64,000 bases of DNA, taken from assembly GCA_963787125.1 (NCBI GenBank), contig CAWBBV010000012.1, positions 256,001 through 320,000 on the forward strand, given 5' to 3'. Positions 37,479 through 46,403 of this stretch are shown here, in pieces. The stretch comes from an uncultured delta proteobacterium. Its GTDB lineage: Bacteria > Desulfobacterota > Desulfuromonadia > Geobacterales > DSM-12255. Position 1 is the stretch's first letter. Each line of letters begins with the position of its first letter. Under the pieces are notes generated by a model that saw only the letters and a list, made by a program, of their open reading frames with translations, did no database searches and was not told the origin of the DNA. The position numbers were made by a program, and so were the translations under genes.

Positions 37479-38327
37479 TTAGATCACATCGGCAAAGGTC
37501 TTCTCCATCCATTTAAAGTAAACAACTCCTCCAGCCAATAGAGTTAGCACCACTGCCGTACTGACTATTATCGCCATGAAATCAGGGCTTGATTTACCGA
37601 TAAGGGCCCAGCGGAAGCCCTCAATAACTCCAACCATCGGGTTGAGGCTGTAGAGGAGTCGCCACTTTTCAGGAACCATACTGACCGGGTAAGCGACTGG
37701 TGATGCATACATCCAGATCTGGATTACGAAAGGTATGACACTGTTCACATCACGATATCTGACGTTGAGAGCCGCTGACCAGAGTCCTACGGACAATGCG
37801 GTGATGACGGCAAGCAGTATAAAAAGAGGCAGGGCAAGCAGCGCCGGAGTCGGCACAATTTTGAACCAGAGAAGCAGCGGCAGCATGACCAGAAAAGCAA
37901 AAAACAGATCGACCACCGGAGCAACAGCTGCAGCTATTGGAATAAGCAGCCGGGGGAAATATATTTTTGTAACCAAATTGGAGCTACTGACAACACTCCC
38001 CGCTGTTTTCGTCAGTGCTTGAGCAAAGTATGTCCATGGAAGCAGGGCTGCAAAGGCGAATAAGGGGTATGGAATCCCGTCTGAAGGGAACCTGGCAAGG
38101 TTTCCGAAAATAAGTGTAAAAAGAATCATGGTGATCAGCGGCTGCACCACCACCCAGGCTGCACCGATAGCAGTCTGCTTGTAACGGGTCATTACATCAC
38201 GCCAGACGAGAAAGTAGAGCAGCTCCCGATAGCCCCAAACACTCCCCAGGTCCAGCTGAAAAAGACTGTTTTGCGGCTTGATTACGACAAAAGGTTTTTT
38301 GAATGTGGACTCAGCTACCAATTCCAT
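37479..38327 (-). CDS. wzm: Polysaccharide ABC exporter permease
   Basis: YRELLYFLVWRD..RYKQT, KIYFPR, YRDV, SPVAYP, LNPM, FADVI. Confidence 0.92.
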   Translation of the reverse strand: MELVAESTFKKPFVVIKPQNSLFQLDLGSVWGYRELLYFLVWRDVMTRYKQTAIGAAWVVVQPLITMILFTLIFGNLARFPSDGIPYPLFAFAALLPWTYFAQALTKTAGSVVSSSNLVTKIYFPRLLIPIAAAVAPVVDLFFAFLVMLPLLLWFKIVPTPALLALPLFILLAVITALSVGLWSAALNVRYRDVNSVIPFVIQIWMYASPVAYPVSMVPEKWRLLYSLNPMVGVIEGFRWALIGKSSPDFMAIIVSTAVVLTLLAGGVVYFKWMEKTFADVI

Positions 38328-38337
38328 GACTTTTACC

Positions 38338-39180
38338 TCACTTCAGATTCAAGACTTCCCTGGCCGATGAAAAACTGAAATTCTCCAGTAAGTGCCTAAT
38401 TTTCAGCTCCATCCGGTCCAGATTCAAATAATGTCTGCAGCGTGATTTCATGCCTGCCTTGATGCGTGGCTGCTCCGGGTCAATCTCCCATGGGTGGAAA
38501 TAAACGATCACCGGCTGTTTCTCAGCGTTATTGATTATCTTGATAGCCCGTGCAACCAGAGCCGCTGGAAAAAATCGTAAATAGCCACCGCCGGCAATCG
38601 GCAATTGCGATTTCCACCAACCGACATTCAGAGCGAATGTTGAGATGGGAAACTCGTCTATTTTGCCGGCGTGAGTCGAGATTTTGTGGGGGAAACGCTT
38701 ACCGCCTGGAATCCCGTATATATCGTGATTAATGGGGAAAATGCTGGAGTCATACGAAAACCCCTCTTCCAGAAGGATGTCCAGTGCCCAGAGGGACTTG
38801 GATGTAATCGAATAACTCGGTGCCCGGTAGCCCCTCACCTCTTCGCCACAGATATTTTCCAGTATATTTTTAGCCTTTGAGACATCTTCCCGGAACTCTT
38901 GTTGCGTATGGCGATAAATCAGCTGATGTCCATAGCCGTGACAGGCAATTTCATGGCCACGACGATGAATCTCCTTCACAAGCCCGGGGAGCCTTTCGGC
39001 AACCCATCCAAGGACAAAAAATGTTGCCCGGATCGAAAACTCATCGAGTATATCGAGAATGCGCAGTGTGCTGTCTCCGACCCGAAGAGGGTAACTGTCC
39101 CACTCCAACGGCCTGATCTGACGCTCAAAAGCGGTCACATGAAAGTAGTCTTCAACATCTATTGTCAGTGCATTAATCAT
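38338..39180 (-). CDS. XrtA-system polysaccharide deacetylase
   Basis: NALTIDVEDYFHV, HEIACHGYGH, GYRAPSYS, YDSS, GGGYLR, YFHPWEIDPEQP. Confidence 0.9.
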   Translation of the reverse strand: MINALTIDVEDYFHVTAFERQIRPLEWDSYPLRVGDSTLRILDILDEFSIRATFFVLGWVAERLPGLVKEIHRRGHEIACHGYGHQLIYRHTQQEFREDVSKAKNILENICGEEVRGYRAPSYSITSKSLWALDILLEEGFSYDSSIFPINHDIYGIPGGKRFPHKISTHAGKIDEFPISTFALNVGWWKSQLPIAGGGYLRFFPAALVARAIKIINNAEKQPVIVYFHPWEIDPEQPRIKAGMKSRCRHYLNLDRMELKIRHLLENFSFSSAREVLNLK

Positions 39181-39191
39181 TTAGCGCCTCA

Positions 39192-40502
39192 TCAGAATGT
39201 TTTCTTCAGTTCCAACGACACCCGGTTAACAAAATAATTATCAGTCTCTATATTCGGAGAATTGTAATTAGTGTGAAAATAGGACAATGATAAACTCAGC
39301 TGTTTAGCCAATAGATAGCTGAGTACAGAATCGAACTGAAAACGCCTTGTATAACTATCGATAAGCGGCTGTTCATATTTTTCAACCGTAAAGCTGAGGC
39401 TGCCGCTCAAGTCGGTGACAAGCTCGAACTGGCCACGCACTGTGGCGCCGTATTTCCTGGTCTGGACAGAGTCTGTTTCAGTCTGAACGAACTCGGAATA
39501 CATGGGAGAAATACTCAGCGTGCCGCGCTTTAAACGCTTTTCAAGCACGCTATTAACAAAGCTTTCCTTCGTTATATTGCGCTCGGGATCTTCATCGTAC
39601 TTCACACCGGTGTTAATTGTAGCGGTGACTGTATCGAACTGGTGAGACAGACCGGCATTCCAGACAATGCTATTAAGATTCTGGCCACTGTCATAAATGA
39701 GCCAACTGTAGCCGACTTGCCCGAAAATGAACGATTTGTCTGCATACTCGTACCGAAAACCACCTAGTATCTGGTGCAGGTCATAATTATCGATATCTGC
39801 TATCTCTCGGGTGAACGTATAATCAGTGGTCAGACTCCAGCGCTTTGTTAATTCGTATGACATGTTCAAAAAGGCGATATGATCATATTTATCGACTCCG
39901 GTTGAGTCTATGTAACGGGTATCTACGTATTTGTAGCCAGGTTTAAGCATCAGTCTCTCTGTCGGGTACAACACAAGGTATGGTGATACTGTTGCCACAT
40001 TACGATCCGACTGATTGACGAAGAGGCTTTCTTTTGATGCATCCCTGGTAACATCCAGTGAAACACGCTGATATTCATCACTAACATCGAGAAATAACAG
40101 GTTTTTTACAGCGATTAAATTTCCCTTCGCATTAAGAGTATGGGTGCTCTCGTCGTTACGGCTGTTTCTGGCATAATAGCGATAATCAAACACATAGCTG
40201 AGCTCTCCAGTCAGCGCAGGCGCCTTATAACTCAAAGCAATACCCGGAAGAATTCTGGTAATAAAATCCGAGGTCCGCCCTGCTTTTGTCTCGTAAACAT
40301 TGTCAGTGTATTCTTCATTGACAGCTAAAGACGGGTGCGCTTCAAACTCAGCTCCGCTGGAAACGTCTGCAAAGGAGAGGATGGCGATAAACAGGGTTAT
40401 AAGTAAGTCAGGAAAAGATTTCTGTGGTTTTCTGACGGAAATATTCTCCGTTAACGCACTTATCCTGGATGTCAGCGCCACGGACTTTAATATGATCAGC
40501 AT
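39192..40502 (-). CDS. PEP-CTERM system-associated outer-membrane beta-barrel
   Basis: EEYTDNVY..DFITRILPG; alternating beta-strand pattern; C-terminal Phe. Start uncertain. Confidence 0.8.
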   Translation of the reverse strand: MLIILKSVALTSRISALTENISVRKPQKSFPDLLITLFIAILSFADVSSGAEFEAHPSLAVNEEYTDNVYETKAGRTSDFITRILPGIALSYKAPALTGELSYVFDYRYYARNSRNDESTHTLNAKGNLIAVKNLLFLDVSDEYQRVSLDVTRDASKESLFVNQSDRNVATVSPYLVLYPTERLMLKPGYKYVDTRYIDSTGVDKYDHIAFLNMSYELTKRWSLTTDYTFTREIADIDNYDLHQILGGFRYEYADKSFIFGQVGYSWLIYDSGQNLNSIVWNAGLSHQFDTVTATINTGVKYDEDPERNITKESFVNSVLEKRLKRGTLSISPMYSEFVQTETDSVQTRKYGATVRGQFELVTDLSGSLSFTVEKYEQPLIDSYTRRFQFDSVLSYLLAKQLSLSLSYFHTNYNSPNIETDNYFVNRVSLELKKTF

Positions 40503-40524
40503 GAATGCCTCTTTTTTATAAGAA

Positions 40525-41694
40525 TCAAAACCTGAATAGCCTGCCAAACATGCTGCCCATAAACGATTGTGGTTCATCATCTACCAGAATTTTCACAGGT
40601 TTCACCTCTTCCCTGACGATGTTGCTTTTGAACATTTTTTGAATAATAGTCCCGGTTTCTTGCTGATGTGACTTCAATGACTCTTCCAGGTCAGCAATTT
40701 TGGCAGTCATCTCCTTGAACAACTTCTGATTGGACGAGTCAGACTCTTTACCGATGTTTTGCATCCGCACGTTCATGTCTTTTATGAGAGCAGAGAATAC
40801 CGGTTCTGAACGATTGGAGCAGGACGCTACTTCGATATAGTTTTCCCTGGTAACGTAGCCATCAAAAGAGTCGCTTCCCCAGTAATTGCACTCGAAGTCC
40901 AGATCACCGATGATGTCCTGAACAAGAACGGTATCAATGCCCCTGGTCTCTTCGGCAAAAGCTGCCAAAAGAATAAAGTCACAGATGATATTGATTAACC
41001 GGGGAATTCCCCTGCTATAGTTGAAAACAATATCAAGGCTCTCTTTTGTAAACGATACAGCTTCGCGATCACCGGCCTTTTCCAGTCTATGATGGATATA
41101 TTGTTCAACCTCCAGTCGATTTAGCGGTTGAATGTGGCAGTTAATGCTGATTCTCTGCCGCAACTGCAGCAGAGTTGATGATGCCAGGGTGTTACGCAGT
41201 TCAGGCTGGCCAACCAGGATGATCTGCAGAAGTTTTGCATTGTCAGTTTCAAGATTGGAAAGCATACGGATTTCTTCAAGCAGGTCATGATTCAGGTTTT
41301 GCGCTTCATCAATTATAAGAACCGGGTGACACCCTTTAACAAACTGATCTATCAAAAATGTATTCAAATCTCTCAGCATCGTAATCTTGTCTTTGCTCTG
41401 AACAGACAAGCCAAAATCATCGTTAATCATGGCGATCAGCTGCTCTGAATCTACCCTGGTATTAAAGATCTTTGATAAAACTACATTGCTGAGATTCTTC
41501 TTGATCAAGTTGCGGATAATAGTCGTCTTACCTGAGCCTACTTCGCCGGTGAGAAGGATGAATCCGACTCTCTCCTTGATTCCGTAATCAAGGTAGGACA
41601 GCGCCTTTTTATGTGAACTGCTCATAAAAAGAAATTCAGGGTCTGGAAGCAGATCGAAAGGCTTCTGTTTCAGGTTGAAAAATGACTCGTACAT
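40525..41694 (-). CDS. XrtA/PEP-CTERM-associated ExeA-like ATPase
   Basis: MYESFFNLKQKPF, GEVGSGKTT, IIDEAQNL, LVGQPEL, GIPRLIN. Confidence 0.9.
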   Translation of the reverse strand: MYESFFNLKQKPFDLLPDPEFLFMSSSHKKALSYLDYGIKERVGFILLTGEVGSGKTTIIRNLIKKNLSNVVLSKIFNTRVDSEQLIAMINDDFGLSVQSKDKITMLRDLNTFLIDQFVKGCHPVLIIDEAQNLNHDLLEEIRMLSNLETDNAKLLQIILVGQPELRNTLASSTLLQLRQRISINCHIQPLNRLEVEQYIHHRLEKAGDREAVSFTKESLDIVFNYSRGIPRLINIICDFILLAAFAEETRGIDTVLVQDIIGDLDFECNYWGSDSFDGYVTRENYIEVASCSNRSEPVFSALIKDMNVRMQNIGKESDSSNQKLFKEMTAKIADLEESLKSHQQETGTIIQKMFKSNIVREEVKPVKILVDDEPQSFMGSMFGRLFRF

Positions 41695-41744
41695 GAATTC
41701 TCCAGTAAATGCTGATCCGAAAATGCTATCCAAATTGCCGGGAT

Positions 41745-42557
41745 TTAAGCGTACGCTTCCCGGCCATAGTGATAACTGTCATTGTTAAACTCTGTTGCCG
41801 CTGCGTTGTACACAATGCCGAGCACTGGAGCGCCTTTTATGTATTCCATTGTCTCCTTGATGTTGTGCAACGTAACGAGGCCTTCCTTTGCCACAAGAAC
41901 GACACCATCTACTATGCCGCTTAAAGTTCTGGTCTCGGCAAACGGGAGTACCGGCGGGGTATCGATAATTATGTAGCGATCGTGGTAACGGTTTTTCAAT
42001 TCAAGAAGAAAATCCCTCATTCGCTGTGAGTTAAACACCTCTGCCGGATTTGGTACGCTCCTCCCGGCCGGCAGAAAAGACATTTTACCGATTCCGGTGC
42101 GAATGAGCGCATCCTTCACATCAACGTCGTCCATTAAACAATCCGTGAGTCCTGTCGAGTTTTCTATCCCTAAATACCTGTGAATGGAGGGTTTCCTTAT
42201 ATCTGCATCCACCAGCAAAACGGTATGATCAAACTCCTGGGCGAGGCTCAAAGCAAGATTAAGAGATGTCAGGCTTTTGCCCTCACTGCCAATCGAACTA
42301 GTCACCATGAGCATGTTTTGAAATGATTTTTCCTTGGTCATTTTGACAATGACCGACTTTAGTTTGCGATACTCTTCCGCTGCCTGTGTTTGCGGGTTGT
42401 TTACCGTTACAAGCAACTGGTTCGTTACGCTAAGGGCTGGCATGGTTACCGGCGGTGGAACATGAAATCTGGAAACAGGTTTATCGTTGCTAGGTTCAGA
42501 AACGTACCCGGTCCGTATCTTTGCAGCTTTTTCAAGTGCTTCTTCAATTCTGCTCAT
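41745..42557 (-). CDS. XrtA-associated tyrosine autokinase (CpsD/CapB-type, split Wzc)
   Basis: MSRIEEALEKA, EEYRKL, GSEGKS, LVDAD.RKP, IDTPP; Tyr residues near the C-terminus. Confidence 0.9.
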   Translation of the reverse strand: MSRIEEALEKAAKIRTGYVSEPSNDKPVSRFHVPPPVTMPALSVTNQLLVTVNNPQTQAAEEYRKLKSVIVKMTKEKSFQNMLMVTSSIGSEGKSLTSLNLALSLAQEFDHTVLLVDADIRKPSIHRYLGIENSTGLTDCLMDDVDVKDALIRTGIGKMSFLPAGRSVPNPAEVFNSQRMRDFLLELKNRYHDRYIIIDTPPVLPFAETRTLSGIVDGVVLVAKEGLVTLHNIKETMEYIKGAPVLGIVYNAAATEFNNDSYHYGREAYA

Positions 42558-42591
42558 ATAACATCCTTTTATACATGAGATTTATTTAGAG

Positions 42592-44091
42592 TTATTTACT
42601 TGTAAGTTTTTTGAAATTAATCTTCATATCCGCTGAATTAAAAATATCGGTGGTCAGATGTCTTGTTAATTCGAATGGAATAGTGGCAAGAATCAGCACA
42701 AAACAGGTTGCGGCAATACCGTAAAACCAGAAATCCCGTTTTCGTGTAGCCTGCAATTGAAGCGGATTTTCGATGGTTGGAACTACGGCAAGCACCTGGA
42801 TTCCCAGAGACTTGAGTGATGTAACATTGCGTACGGACTTGTCCAGATGATCCAGCAGTACTAGGAAGCCAAAGCTTGCCAGTAATCCGCCAACAATCCC
42901 AAGGAGGATTATCTTGACCCTTTTCGGGCTGAACGGTTTGGTAGGTAATATCGCCGGATCGACAATGCGGAAGGTTGTAGACTTATCCTGAACCTCCATC
43001 TGCTTGGATACTTCTGACTGCCCGTATCTGGCAACAAGTTGCTCATATAGATATTTATGACTGTTTCGCTCCCGCTCCAGTTCCTCAAGACCTGCCCTTG
43101 CGTCTGGAATGCTCTTTAACTGGGACTGTTTCGCAGTTATGAAGCGGCGTTGATTTCTTTCGATATCCTGCAATGAGCTCAATTCCATGGTAATTTTTTC
43201 AACTTCTCCAGATGAGCCTTCACTTAGATCAGGTTTTATGACACCTGCTTGAAGCTGTGCTTTGACTACTGCAATTTCGTTATTTACTTCCATGACTTCG
43301 GGATGATTATCTGTATAAATCAGACCGAGATTTTGCTGCTTTCTCTGTAGTGATGCTAATTTAGATTTGAGCGGATCGTTCTTCTTTGCAGCAGTTAACA
43401 TGCTCTCTAACTGACGCCGCTTGATTGATATTTCGTCGATTCTTCTTTGAGCCTCACCTATATCAGCAAGCACTGCTCCTTCACTCTGGCTCAGCGTGCC
43501 GCCTTTTTCTTTCCTGTAGTTGCTTGCCACGCTTTCAGCCTCTTCCAGCTTTGCTTTGACCGTCGCTATCTGCTCACCGAGCCATTTTGTTGCGCCATAA
43601 GATTCTTCCCTTTTCGAGGTTACATTTTCCTCAATGTAGCGTCGTACCAGCGCGTTGACAAAATCACGGGCAATACGGGGATCCTTGTCGCTGAAAGAGA
43701 TCATAAAGAGCCCTTCCCTGTCTTTGAGCTTGATGTCAGTTCTTTCCTGATAATTTCTGAGCAGCTTTTCCTGCTCACCACTACTCATTGAGTTAAAATC
43801 AATACCAATATCAGTAAAGACTCTCAGTAGCAGATTTCTGCTTTTCATCGTGTAGGCAAGCAGGCGCAGCTTGTCATCAAACGATGGTGATATCGCGATT
43901 CCTCTGACTAACTCGCTGATAACACTCTTTTCTATAAAAACAGTGCTTCTGGCCTCGTAACGCGCAGGAAGGCAGAAACTTGTAATAGTTACAGCTGTCA
44001 TAATCAGGAGCGCCAGTAACACGAAGAGGTATTTCTTCTTGACGACAAGTTGTAAAAATTTCCTGTAATCAAAATCCACAGTTTGATTCAT
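42592..44091 (-). CDS. XrtA-system polysaccharide chain-length determinant (Wzz/Wzc N-terminal type)
   Basis: Two TM segments flanking a coiled coil; YTDNHPEV, FRIVDPA.LP..P.SP. Confidence 0.88.
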   Translation of the reverse strand: MNQTVDFDYRKFLQLVVKKKYLFVLLALLIMTAVTITSFCLPARYEARSTVFIEKSVISELVRGIAISPSFDDKLRLLAYTMKSRNLLLRVFTDIGIDFNSMSSGEQEKLLRNYQERTDIKLKDREGLFMISFSDKDPRIARDFVNALVRRYIEENVTSKREESYGATKWLGEQIATVKAKLEEAESVASNYRKEKGGTLSQSEGAVLADIGEAQRRIDEISIKRRQLESMLTAAKKNDPLKSKLASLQRKQQNLGLIYTDNHPEVMEVNNEIAVVKAQLQAGVIKPDLSEGSSGEVEKITMELSSLQDIERNQRRFITAKQSQLKSIPDARAGLEELERERNSHKYLYEQLVARYGQSEVSKQMEVQDKSTTFRIVDPAILPTKPFSPKRVKIILLGIVGGLLASFGFLVLLDHLDKSVRNVTSLKSLGIQVLAVVPTIENPLQLQATRKRDFWFYGIAATCFVLILATIPFELTRHLTTDIFNSADMKINFKKLTSK

Positions 44092-44145
44092 CTGACACCC
44101 CGCAATAAAAAGTATTAAGATTGAGTTACTAAGCCGGCATCTTTT

Positions 44146-44949
44146 TCAAAACATCCCTTCTTTGACGATTATGTAATCGTTTGGCCTTAGCTTCAGGTTC
44201 TGGCTTAAGTCCCAATCACTCAGTAAATCCTTTGCCTTTACCGTTATAATCACATCCTTTCCTTCATCTTTTCTAATAATTGTGGTGTCATTTTCTTTGG
44301 CGAACTTACTGAAGCCACCAGCTTCAAGAACTGCTTGCATAACGGTTATTCCATCTCTGTATTCTATTAGTTTCGGGGCATTTACAGCTCCAAGGACATA
44401 GATGCTTTTATCAACGACAGCTGGTATATAGATCGAATCATTGGATTGAATGGCCATATCCTCGCTGGTATCACCACCGATAAACAGTTTATGAAAATCT
44501 GTTTTGATCATTTTGCCTTCTCTCAAAACGTAAGCGCGCTTCAGATCAGCCCCTTTTACATCGCCAACATTGCAGAGAAGCTGGAGGAGCGTTGTGCTGC
44601 GGTTCAAATCGAAAGCCGAGGCTTTAACTCCACCACCAAAGATGTACACTTTACTGTTGGTAATCTCTTTTACGGTCACCGTTACATTCGGATTCTTTAC
44701 CAATTCTCTAAGCTTCTCGCTCACTGACTTCTGAAGTCCCGGCGGGGTAAATCCTGAAGCTTTCAGATCACCAATCCCTGGAATGGTTATCTTGCCATCC
44801 GGGCGAACCCGGACATTGACATTCAACTCCCTGACACCCCAGACATATATTTCCAGAACATCCCCTTCACCGATGACGTAATCACCTGCAGCAGCCAGCG
44901 GCGGGAAAAGCATTATTCCTATAAGCGCTAACATTAACCATATCTTCAT
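44146..44949 (-). CDS. Polysaccharide export protein (Wza/OPX family)
   Basis: DYVIGEGDVL, VRPDGKITIP, SLBB repeats; RBS AAGGAG before ATG 44949. Confidence 0.88.
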   Translation of the reverse strand: MKIWLMLALIGIMLFPPLAAAGDYVIGEGDVLEIYVWGVRELNVNVRVRPDGKITIPGIGDLKASGFTPPGLQKSVSEKLRELVKNPNVTVTVKEITNSKVYIFGGGVKASAFDLNRSTTLLQLLCNVGDVKGADLKRAYVLREGKMIKTDFHKLFIGGDTSEDMAIQSNDSIYIPAVVDKSIYVLGAVNAPKLIEYRDGITVMQAVLEAGGFSKFAKENDTTIIRKDEGKDVIITVKAKDLLSDWDLSQNLKLRPNDYIIVKEGMF

Positions 44950-44998
44950 TACATTCTCCTTTTGATTCATTTAAAGAGTTGTCTCATTTTCTTAACTG

Positions 44999-46366
44999 TT
45001 ATCTTGCACCTTTCCTAAACAGGACTACCTGTATCGTTTCCAGAATAATCATGAAATCAAACATCAAAGAGAGGTTTTTGATGTAGTAAAGATCAAATCT
45101 GAGTTTCTCCATGGCATCATCAACTGAAGCGCCATACTGGTATCGGACCTGTGCCCAACCAGTTACTCCGGGTTTAACAAAGTGTCGTTCCGAGTAGTAC
45201 GGAATCAGCTTTTTAAGATTACCGACAAATTCCGGTCGTTCCGGTCTTGGTCCGACCATGCTCATGTCACCACAAATTATGTTAAAAAACTGTGGCAGCT
45301 CATCAATACGACTCTTACGGAAAAATGCACCCAGACGGGTAACGCGAGTGTCATTCTGCTGGGCCCATACAGCCCCAGAGACGCTTTCAGCATCAACACT
45401 CATAGTTCTGAATTTAAAGAGAGAAAAGAGATTTTCCTTTTCACCGACCCTGACTTGTCGATAAAAAACCGGTCCAGGAGAATCTATTTTGATTGCCAGG
45501 GCGATAAGAGGCAGAACCGGCAGTAGCAGAATAATACCTATGCTGGCGAAGGATAGATCAACAAGCCTTTTGAGTACTTTACGAATCCGGCTGACTTTGA
45601 AACCCTCTGAGAAAATAATCCAGCTGGGGTTGATTCCTTCCAGAAACAGCTTGCCGGTAACATGTTCATAAAAAGACGGTGCATCAACCACTTCAATGCC
45701 ATCCAGTTTGCAGGCCATGACATCACTTAAGGGGAATACGCCACGTCGCTCCGACAACGAAACTACTATTTTGTCTATCTTTTCGCGTTTGACGGTTTCA
45801 TAAATTCCGCCGCTGTTTTCGAGAATCGAGGAAATAGGCACCGTGGCGGCCTCTTCAGAACATCTTAGGTAGCCGGAAAGCAGATAGTTCTCATCTGATT
45901 TAGGGATAAGAGCCCCCATATTCCCCGCAGTTGAGCCGACGCCAAGTATCACCACACGCCTGGCAAATCCCGTGAATTTCACATATAGGCTGTAGGTTGA
46001 GTGACAAAGAAACTGCAGGACACCGAAGATAAGTATCGCTGAGACAAGGATTTTACTGCCGTACTCATCCAGGTTGTTAGAATAGGAAAGAAAAGAGAAA
46101 ACAAAACAGGACACCCCAAGAGACGCCCCGACCCTGGAGGCTATATCGCTGGCAATCAGTTCATGATGGTTATTGTAGATTTCAGCCTGGAATGACAAAA
46201 ATACGAGAATAAGTATAAATATAATTATTTTGGCAGCACCTAGCCTGACAACATCCTCAACAGCCGGAATCTTTATCAGATTTATCGCGATTGCAGTCAA
46301 AATAGCCATAATTGCAGCCAGTGAGTCGCCGACAACCAGTTGAAATATTCTTTTGTTCTGTTCCAT
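44999..46366 (-). CDS. Priming phosphoglycosyl transferase, XrtA/PEP-CTERM-associated
   Basis: KRLVDL, GPVFYRQ.RVG, KFRTM, IDELPQ, GDMSMVGPRPERP, KPGVTGWAQV. Confidence 0.92.
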   Translation of the reverse strand: MEQNKRIFQLVVGDSLAAIMAILTAIAINLIKIPAVEDVVRLGAAKIIIFILILVFLSFQAEIYNNHHELIASDIASRVGASLGVSCFVFSFLSYSNNLDEYGSKILVSAILIFGVLQFLCHSTYSLYVKFTGFARRVVILGVGSTAGNMGALIPKSDENYLLSGYLRCSEEAATVPISSILENSGGIYETVKREKIDKIVVSLSERRGVFPLSDVMACKLDGIEVVDAPSFYEHVTGKLFLEGINPSWIIFSEGFKVSRIRKVLKRLVDLSFASIGIILLLPVLPLIALAIKIDSPGPVFYRQVRVGEKENLFSLFKFRTMSVDAESVSGAVWAQQNDTRVTRLGAFFRKSRIDELPQFFNIICGDMSMVGPRPERPEFVGNLKKLIPYYSERHFVKPGVTGWAQVRYQYGASVDDAMEKLRFDLYYIKNLSLMFDFMIILETIQVVLFRKGAR

Positions 46367-46403
46367 TTTTTGCTCCTTAACTACAAAACGATCAGAGCTA
46401 GAA

